Source: Pseudomonadota bacterium (GTDB taxonomy: Bacteria; UBA10199; 2-02-FULL-44-16; DYJF01). Taken from it: a stretch of 64,000 nt of DNA. The stretch covers positions 160,001-224,000 of the forward strand of contig JBDRBB010000010.1 of the NCBI GenBank assembly GCA_043823065.1, in the 5' to 3' direction. Every line of letters starts with the position of its first letter. Within the stretch, counting starts at the first letter, position 1. Below the pieces are notes generated by a model that did not search any database, had not been told where the DNA came from, and saw nothing but the letters and a program-made list of their open reading frames with translations. The position numbers and the translations under genes were made by a program. Positions 49,006-58,200 of the stretch are shown here, piece by piece.

Positions 49006-50364
49006 TTAAATCTCATCCAACAATTCTGGCAAACGCGAGGTTAGATAATGGGGTAGAGTTAACAATGGTATATTTCGTTGTTTATCAAGCGTAGGTAGTT
49101 TTGCCTGGTAATTATAATTAAGATTTGGTTTATCCTGACAAATTTTAACCAAACAGTTAGCTTGGGGTTCAAACACAGCAAAACTGGCAAGTGATTTATT
49201 ATCACCTTTACTAGTTTTAACATCTATGCCTGCCAATTTTGGGGAACGTAGTAAATATTCTAATTCTGCTTTGTTGCCAGATTTCCAATAGAAAAGATCA
49301 GCCCTGTCAAACAAGGTTGACACTAATTCTATGCCAACAAAAGTTTCCCATAAAACGGCCCAAGCTCTCTCGTTAATTACACTTCTCAGTAGATCAGCTC
49401 CAGATAAAAGGTAATTTGTTATTCCACAGTCAAATAGAATGTATTTTGAAAGGTCGCTATCTGTGTTTAATAATCTTATTTTATGAGCTACTCTGGCCCC
49501 CACTGTCTTAAAAACAAGTTTTTTTGCTTCTTTGCGGCCAGCATGTTGAACTTGTAAGTTGGTATATTTCAAGGTGTTTAAGGAAAGCCAAGCTATTTTA
49601 CGCAAAATATCTTCATATTCATATAATTTACTTTTATCGCCCAAGACTATTTTAACATTTTCCTCAATGGAAATTACCAAATCTTTAATTATTTCAGGAA
49701 TAGCTTGGGCTGAAGAATCCAGATAGGTTGAAATAACTCTAGGCATCCCACCAATACGCACATATATTTCAACATTTTTTAATAATTGGTCATGAAGATA
49801 ATCTGAAAAAGCAGAATTGGTTAGAGAAAACGAGTTTAATTCATTAATTAGTTTGGTTTGTCCAGAGGCAAGCAGAAATTCCTGATAGGTAATAGGATAT
49901 AAATCAAAATATTTTTTTCGGCCAGTAGCAGCATTTTCTACCAGGATATTTTCCAGATTTGATCCAGTAAAAATAAATTTCAAATTTGCAGAAAACTCAG
50001 CTAAAGATTGCACTGCCTCCAAAACCAAAGGATGACGATCTACTTCATCAAGAAAGATTATAGCTGGTTTTGATAAATTATTAATATTACCAAGTTCAAT
50101 TGATATATTTTTTAAAAACTCTTCTCCATTGGGTTTACTTCCAAAAAAATCGCGACCTAAATAGTTTTGGCTGCTATGGGAAAAGGAGGTAGGATACAAT
50201 AGGTTTAACTTTAGTTGCGGATATTCTTTTAGATCATTTAAGACATTTAAGATAAATGAGGTTTTACCAACTTGTCTAGCACCGCGTAAAATTAAAACCT
50301 GTTTATCCAAGTTTAATAAGTCTTGAATGAATTTTCTCTTTTTTTCAGGCCGTTCAATCCACAT
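49006..50364 (-). CDS. AAA+ ATPase (AAA_14 + DUF4143 type) with C-terminal PD-(D/E)xK-like motif
   Basis: GARQVGKT, IFLDEVD, FTGS, LYPITYQEFL, GGMP, DCG, FYWK...ELEY...IDVK. Confidence 0.85.
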   Translation of the reverse strand: MWIERPEKKRKFIQDLLNLDKQVLILRGARQVGKTSFILNVLNDLKEYPQLKLNLLYPTSFSHSSQNYLGRDFFGSKPNGEEFLKNISIELGNINNLSKPAIIFLDEVDRHPLVLEAVQSLAEFSANLKFIFTGSNLENILVENAATGRKKYFDLYPITYQEFLLASGQTKLINELNSFSLTNSAFSDYLHDQLLKNVEIYVRIGGMPRVISTYLDSSAQAIPEIIKDLVISIEENVKIVLGDKSKLYEYEDILRKIAWLSLNTLKYTNLQVQHAGRKEAKKLVFKTVGARVAHKIRLLNTDSDLSKYILFDCGITNYLLSGADLLRSVINERAWAVLWETFVGIELVSTLFDRADLFYWKSGNKAELEYLLRSPKLAGIDVKTSKGDNKSLASFAVFEPQANCLVKICQDKPNLNYNYQAKLPTLDKQRNIPLLTLPHYLTSRLPELLDEI

Positions 50365-50488
50365 AACAACCTTATAATGCCATAATTAATATTAATTTCA
50401 ACACATTTATGAACCTTTTTAATATTAGTTTTGAAAAGAAAAAAACGGGAACGGTGAACGGTTTTAAGACATGTTTTGAAGAAAGAAC

Positions 50489-50636
50489 GGGGACGTTTCC
50501 CCATATTCTAACTCCCTAGAATCATTAGTAAATAAAAGGCAAGTTGAAAAAATTAAAACCACACTATTCAAAAAACTGAAACTCGCCCTTTTTTTGCTAA
50601 TAAATTTAACTAGTTGGCACAGGGGGAAACGTCCCC
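50489..50636. mobile_element. 148-bp MITE, copy 2
   Basis: Same terminal repeats and internal sequence as copy 1, in direct orientation. Confidence 0.85.
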
Positions 50637-50713
50637 TTGCTTTTCAACAAGGAAAATTTTCAAGATTTTCTTGTCGATCTGTAAAGAACGGGGACGTCCC
50701 CTTGCTTTTCTAC

Positions 50714-52108
50714 TTACCACGTAGAATTCTGTGGATCTGTCACAATGTTGCCTACACTGATTGGCCGTGGTTGTGGTCTTGGAGGTCTATCTTGCCTTGG
50801 AGGCGGTGGAGGAGCTTCTTCCCTGGGAGGCGGCAAGGCAGCACGGGCACGTTCGTAACGTACTAGCAAGGCATAACCAATTGGCATGCGCGGTCCACCA
50901 TCACGTCCACCCCAGCTGATATCTCTTAAATATTCTTGTCTGCGCGTTTGGTTGCGAACAATCTCAGGAAAATCTTCTGGCAAGCTAAGAGGTGCCCAGG
51001 CGCTTGTTTGTGAATTATAGTTGCCCAGAGCATAAAGAATGCCTTGCCGAATTGCATCTATCACTTCTTGTCTACGTTCTGCAGGAATCTCTCTTCCGTC
51101 ACCAGGTTGGTAAGTTAAACGCCGCACTAGGTCATAAGCAGTTAGTAAACGTTCGGGAATGTTGTTTGGAATGTTATTGGCTGGGGCTATGGTTTGTAAC
51201 AACGAATTTAAATCAGCAGAATTCGTTTCACTCTGTCCATAAAGTGCATCAAACACCCCTACAGCCAAGGCAGTATTGGGAACATCCCAAGCATCAGGAT
51301 CTAACGCATAATCTTCTGATAATCCAAACTCTTCTCTTATTGGTGTAGTTAAAATAGTTGCAGGTTGAATAGCATTTCTAAATGCTTCAGCTTGAAATCT
51401 CGTTTGAGTGACTTCATTGTTAATATAGTTTCTTAAAAAGGACATGGTTCTATTAATTGCATAAAATTCAGCTGGTCCATGAGTTGAACTATCACCATTG
51501 ATCTGATCAATAAGTTCAGCAATTTCTGTTTGTTGATTATCAGGAATAGCGTTCAGAAAACTTTGCTCAACCATATCATAGCGCATAACATTATTATCAG
51601 CTCCCTGACAAAATTCAAATTCAGAGTCATAAGCAATATTGATGTTTCTTATAGCAGGAAAGACATCAGCATTATACCAAGCATAAGCATAGGCTTGAAA
51701 AGCAGCACTGTCTAAACCATGTAGTATAGTATCTTGCGGCCTACATTCACCAGACACCAAAGTATAGGAAGAAAGATTATTTGGGGCTGGAGTGAGTTCT
51801 GGGGTGGTGTGTTGTTCTTCACAAGTTATGTTGATGCTAGCTAAATCATCTGAAATTGATACCACAGGGTTTTGGTTCGCTTCACATGCTTCGATTGCAG
51901 TACGAGCACCGTTAATCACGGTTTGTAATTGCTGATGAGCTGCCCTAGCTTCTGTGTTTTGTCTTTCAAGCTCATCAACTTCATCGCTGTCGTCTGCCAG
52001 ATAATAAGTTATTGCAGTGGCGGCTCCACCAACAACAACTGCACCAACAGCACCAACAGCAAGGCCGATTAAAAGCATATGCAAAGGGGTTGCTAAAATT
52101 GCTAACAT
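50714..52108 (-). CDS. Lysine-free protein, paralog B (N-terminal hydrophobic helix, Pro-rich tail)
   Basis: 0 Lys in 464 aa; homologous to 46974..48425; AGGAG RBS. Confidence 0.75.
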   Translation of the reverse strand: MLAILATPLHMLLIGLAVGAVGAVVVGGAATAITYYLADDSDEVDELERQNTEARAAHQQLQTVINGARTAIEACEANQNPVVSISDDLASINITCEEQHTTPELTPAPNNLSSYTLVSGECRPQDTILHGLDSAAFQAYAYAWYNADVFPAIRNINIAYDSEFEFCQGADNNVMRYDMVEQSFLNAIPDNQQTEIAELIDQINGDSSTHGPAEFYAINRTMSFLRNYINNEVTQTRFQAEAFRNAIQPATILTTPIREEFGLSEDYALDPDAWDVPNTALAVGVFDALYGQSETNSADLNSLLQTIAPANNIPNNIPERLLTAYDLVRRLTYQPGDGREIPAERRQEVIDAIRQGILYALGNYNSQTSAWAPLSLPEDFPEIVRNQTRRQEYLRDISWGGRDGGPRMPIGYALLVRYERARAALPPPREEAPPPPPRQDRPPRPQPRPISVGNIVTDPQNSTW

Positions 52109-52134
52109 TTTTTTCTCCTTTAATTACATTATTA

Positions 52135-52161
52135 TTTTCGTCACATTTTGCAAAAAGTTGC
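52135..52161 (-). promoter_or_regulatory. Sigma28-like promoter (P4)
   Basis: Minus strand GCAACTTT-N13-CGAAAA. Confidence 0.6.
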
Positions 52162-52205
52162 GTGTTTTTTTAGTTTTATCAACCCCTTTTAAGGGTTTTT
52201 AATTG

Positions 52206-55200
52206 CTATTCTACTGATGTTAGCGAAAAAGCTTCATGTGAACCATCAGCATTTACTTCAACTATGGCCACTGCTCCTTCAGGAGGCCTAGCAGGTAAGC
52301 TAAAATAAGGCTCATTTTGTCCAAAAGGTTGGCTGGTTTCACCATTCATACCTATTACTGGAGCGTCTGCAGGTAAACCCAACCTATTTCTCATCATGTG
52401 AACATCGCTTACACTAGGTCTTGGAGATGACTCAAGAGACACTCGTCTAGCAGCGATTAATTCAGCCTCACTTGCTCCACCTGGGGTAAGAGGGCTGCCA
52501 GCTGCCATGGCAATTCTTTCTCTAGTTTCTGATTTTCTTACCATTGCATAAACAGGTGAATTTTGAGAAAACGCTTCCAAGGCATTGGCATAAGGATTGT
52601 TAAACTCTCTGGAAGGTCGGTTAGGTTGTAAAAAGAAAGCAAGTTCTGCAGATCGTGAATATTCACCTCTTAACTCCATAATGCGTCTCATGGTTTCCTG
52701 CAGCATCTCTGTTGTTGCAGCTTCATTTACTTCATCACACATAAAAACTAACCTAACATTACCTTCTCTTAGATGATCTCCATAGTATTCCATTACAGCG
52801 CGAAAGCTTGCTTCATTTGTTAATCCTCCTGAAATAAAGGCTACTTGTTCACCATCTGAGATATCTAGCTCCAATAAAGCTCCAACTTCGTTGATTCTAA
52901 TCTCCAAGCCTGGTTGTGCAATAGCTTCAGCTACTTCAGAGGTAACAAGAGGTCTTGTAAAGGTTCTTATACCGCCGCCTGGATCAGGGTGAGTTCTAGC
53001 GCTAAATTCTGCAATCATGTTTTCTATGTTACCAGCATCGATAGCTGGTTGAAGTGGCGATCTTCTAGGTGAAGCTTGGGGATTAGGCATCACTACTAAA
53101 CCTGGATTAGAATCTGAAGAAGCTGCACCTTCAGGTCTCAAGAAGTCACGCAACGGTCTGTAAGGTACGTCCGGTTGATTTAAATAATTCCAAAGTCCCT
53201 GGAAAAAACCTTCTTCTGTATGCGTAGGTGTTGATGGAGGCGCAGGTGGTGTTGGCGGTTGTTCATCAGCTAAAAAGTCTCCTAAAGGTCTGTAAGGAGA
53301 GGTCCAAGTAGGTCCATTAGGCTGGTTTAGGTAGCGCAAGAGACCTCTAATAAATGTGCCAATTCCTGTTGAAGCTGGCGCAGGTGGGACCAAAGGTGCT
53401 AGTTGAGGGCTTACCACAGGCGATGGTCCAGACAGTGGCGGTGTTGTTGGGGGAAGTGGCGGAGTTGCTAAAGGATTTGGTCTGGCTGGAACTGTTGGAT
53501 CTTCAACAAGCTCTAGATCGCTGTCACGAAGTGGTATAGTGCTATCCCTAGATGACTCTGGTGGCTCCTGAGAAACAGTACCGCCAAAAGGATCAGCTGC
53601 ATCATCTGCTATGATTTCAACGTTAGGATCATCAAGGTCTAATTCTACAGCGCTATCCCTAGGTTGTTCTGGTTCAGGGGCAACTACTGTTTTAGACTCG
53701 ACAAGGCTTGGATCAGTTACTCTATCTGATCTTGGTACAAAAAGTATTTGCTCAGCCCTATCAAAACCATTTGCATGAAGAACCGCCTCAGGTAACACTG
53801 CCTCTGGATTAAGAGGAATTTGGATAAAAGGAGCAGGAGGTTCAACCACAACAGTTGGTTCAGGTGCTTCTTCAACAGCTGGAACTTCTCTCCAGGTGAT
53901 ATCTATTTCAGGTCCATTTACTAAGAGTTGGTTTAATTCTCGAGCGTGATCCTCATCAATAGGTCGGTCAGTTCCCCTCTCAATTGCTCTGTTTTCCCTT
54001 TCTCTTACTGCTTCAGCAACAGCTCTGTTGTGTAAATGAATGGCGCGTCTCAAGATATTTTCAGATCTATTAGGAGCTTCAATTTGAGCTGCATGAATGA
54101 AATAATGACGATCCATGGTTGCTGTAACTAAAATTGAATCTGGTGGTATTGGAAGTTCACCATTACCTTCAACAACTCTAGATACGCGATAGTCTTCTCT
54201 ATCCAAAACTATTCTTATTATTGTTGTAGGGGTTCTAGCCTGTTGTAGAATCGTTAGAATACGATGGTGAGCAAATTCTAAAGAAACATCTAAACCTCTA
54301 TCAGAACTATCTGGAGTACTAACAGGTCCAGGACATCCTCTTCCTGGTTGCTCTGGAATTTGGATAAAAGGTTCAGCTACTGGTTGTATAGCTATTGGAA
54401 TTTCTGGTTCTGGGCTGGCTGCAGGTGGAGAAGGTGGTGGAGCAGGCGGTTGTATTGGCACTGGAGTTGGCCTGACTGGTGTGGGTATAACCCGCAATCC
54501 TGGACCGCGTGCGATAGTATTATTTAAGGCATGGGCAAGTTGCGAGCCGATAATATGTCTGCCTTGTCTGCCTTCATATTCTTCTAAAGCCCTTAATCTT
54601 CTGGCCTCAGCAATATTATGCTGCCCAGCAGTACGCCCAAGCATAGTGGAAATTCTGGCATCTAAAGGAGTGTTGGCTGGATAAGAAATTCTGATGCCAG
54701 TAATTAATATGCCAAGAATAGAGCTATCTTGTGGATCTCTTACCAATTGCATTTCTAGACTAACTGGAATGTCTCCTCTTACTCGCGGCTGCAGCGCAGG
54801 ATATAAACTAAATGAAGCAGGGCTGATAAAAGTTTGCAAACTTACGGTTGTTTCAGCATTAGGTGCCAGCGCTTCTATTTCAGTGCGCAAATCTTGATGG
54901 ACAAATTGAGCTGCATTGCGCTGTAATGCTCTTTTTAAACTTAGATGAATTGCAGGCAGGCTTGCTTCAATACCAGGTGGAATTTCCAATCGAGGCGCTA
55001 CTGGTTGCACAGGAGCAGCAGGTGCAGGTTCTGGAGCAGGTGCTAGGCTTGCTGCTTGGCGTGCCTGGGCTCGAGCTAGTTCATTATTTAAATCGATAAC
55101 TCTAGTAGTACATCTTGTAAGTTCTCCTTGGCGATCTCTGTCCTCTCTATTTTCATCAAAAGCTTCTCTTGCTCCATCAAGTTCTCTTTGGGCACTTGCT

Positions 55201-58200
55201 AGTTCTGCTTCAATTTCTGCAACAGTTCTTGGTTCTGCTTCTCTAAATCCAAACCATCCTAAAACTCGTCTAGCTCCTGCTGTTATTCTGTCACCAATAG
55301 TTGGAGCAGGAGTAGGTTGTAAAGGTTGCATCCAATAAGGTTGTAGAAAAGGATCAAAATCTGGCGCTGCAGGTTGCAGAGCTGGGGGCGGTGGCGGTGC
55401 AGGAGGCGTAGCTGGAGGTTGAACAGTCTGCTGAGCAAAAGCCAAAATTGGAATATCAACTATTACATAATGTCCGTCTTCATATACCTCAACCACTTGT
55501 AATTGGTCTGGAAGACAACCCATACAGTTGAAGTGATTAGCATCTGGTCCAAATGGAGCATAAACAGATGTTTCTCCTCTACCAGGTGTGTGGCCACCAA
55601 CACCTAGAGCATCATTTCTCAAGCCCAAGGCCTGTCTCATTAATCCTAGATCTGTTTCTTCGTAAACTGGTAAGCCTTCCTGTCTTTCATATCCTCTGGG
55701 AGAGGCCCAGCGCAAAACACCACCCAAATTCATGTTGAATAAATATCTAGGGTCACCTGCTGTATATCTAGCTCCAGTTAAGTGAGCCTGAGGTGCTCCA
55801 CCAGGAACTACTGGTGAATGCCCAGCCCAGGCAATTCCTTCACCTCTAGCATTGTGAACAGTTAGGAGTAAGGGAGAAGTTTCATAAAGTTCTTGCAAAG
55901 CTCTGACATAAGCTTCTCCACGTTGTGCTATTAAAGCATCCCTGAATACTACTCCTTGTCTAACACCATCTTTTATAAATGTTTCTTCTGCACCACCAGA
56001 AACTTCATCATGATTGCCTTGTAAAAAAATAAGACGGTTTGGATCTTCTGCTCTGGCTTGTATTATCAGATCCATAGCATCAACAGATGGATCTACTTCA
56101 GAAAGATTGCCCCAGGCTGGATGAGGAACATCACCTAGGGAAACTAATCTAACGCCAGCTTGGTCTTGATAACGTCGCAAGATAGAGCGAAAGTTTGGGT
56201 GATTACCATGGATATCACCGATAAGCACTACTCGTTCACCTGGTCTCAAATGAAGCTGGGCAATTGCACTTGGCTGGCCAGCAGCATGATGATTTCCAAT
56301 TTGATTTGCAACTTCTGCAGAAATAGCAGGTCTTCTAACTGGGCTGCTTGCATCTTCTACAGGAGTTCTTTGGCCTGCTACTACAGCACGGAGTTCAGCT
56401 AGTTGTGGTGATTCAGTATTTCCTGAACGACCACTTCCTCCTGGGTCACCCATAGATCCCATCATCAAGAAGAGTGGAGCTCGAATAAGTCTTCCAAACG
56501 TAGTTTGAGGGCTTGTGATATTGCCAAAAAACTCAGAAGCACCTGTAGTTAAGCGAGTCCAAAGACTTGGGGATTGGGCGCCTGAAAGTAGCATATCTGG
56601 TTCTTCAGGTCTTGCTTCGCTTGCTCTTCTCAAGCCTTCAACTGTTAATTCCCCTCTTAATAAAGCAGCCATTCTAGTAGTTATAGTTTCTAATCTGCCT
56701 ACACCTGCTTCATATGTTTCCTGGCTTATATGTTCACGTTCAAGAGCTTCATCAAATACACGTCTTAATTCACTTACTTCTCTTCTTAAGCCTTCTAGTT
56801 CTGCTTCTTGCTGCGCTCTTCTGGTAGGGACTGCTTCCCCTTGTTCGTTTATAGTTAATACATCAGTTTCTTCAATTTCTACAATTCTACTTACTCTACG
56901 CATTATTGATAAACGTAAACCCTCTATAGTTGGCGTATAGCGATTTTCAAAAATTTCTTGTTCAACAGCTTGGGCTTCTCTGATAGCAGCGCGCGAAGCT
57001 CCAGCATCTCTTAGTAGTCCTACATGTTCTCTGGCCAAGACAACCTGCTCGCGGCATAATTGCGTAAATTCTAAATATTCATCTACATTTAATTGTCTGG
57101 ATTGGCGGATACCATCTAAATGTGCCAAGCGGTTAGCAATATTGTAATCTCTGAGCTGACTGTATCTTAACCGAGAGAGATTATATTGGGCATCGCTAAC
57201 TAAACCCATGGAAACTAAGCGCCTGTCTGCTTCTAGGAGTTCGCCTTCTAATCTTACTCTTTCAACATTTAATTCATTAAATCTCGCAGCCTCTACTTCA
57301 CTTAAGCTGCGGCTTCTTGTCTCTCCTCTTAAGGTTCTTAACTCTATGCCAATTTCTTCTAATCTAAGCGAATTATTAGCTCTAAGAGTTCTGATGCTTC
57401 TGGGCATCATAGCGCTGGTAGAAGCGCTGATGATTGGGCGGGCCAACATATTGCCGCCCCTTAAGCCCACTAAGAACAAGGCATTGTGTCCCAACTGCCC
57501 GGCAATGTTTCTGCCTGTCCAGACACCGCTAACAGGGCGGTCATGGATATAATTTTCAAATGATTGTTCAGCTAGACCATAGCCAGTTAAGGCTACTGTT
57601 TCTGTGGCAAAGGCGCCGGTCCACAAAGCAGCTGCGCCAAATCTGGTGGTTGTAGCTGCTGTGCCCATAGCCATTCTTGCCACCTGGCCAAAACCCAGCA
57701 TTGCACCACGCAGCACACCAAACATGCCAAAAGCATAGACACTGTGCACTACAAACTCATCCCAGGTATAAAACCGGTCTGCGCCAGGCATGTCAGTAGC
57801 CATGCTTAAGCCGCGATGAGAAGCCACAAATGTTGGCGCCATAATAGCATTGCCAATAATAAATCTTGTAAAACTACCTAAAGCTGCCCGGCCACCTAAA
57901 CCAACAGCAGTTCCTGTGGCTGTGCTAGCAAAAGCACTGCCTACCAAAGATAATACTGCTGCTGAGGCAATGTGAGCTATGGCTCCAGAAGCCACTGTTA
58001 TGGCCACAGTCATAGCAGCTATTCTGGTATAATAACCAACTTGGGTATTTAATTGAATTTCACTTAAACTGTGATGATTTTGAATTCTAGTTAAAAAAGC
58101 CTGCCGATCTTCTACTCTTCTTAAACTTTCTGGTAGTTCATCAATACGTTCTAATAAACTTATAACCTGTACACATCTTCTAATATCAGCAGGTGTTTCA

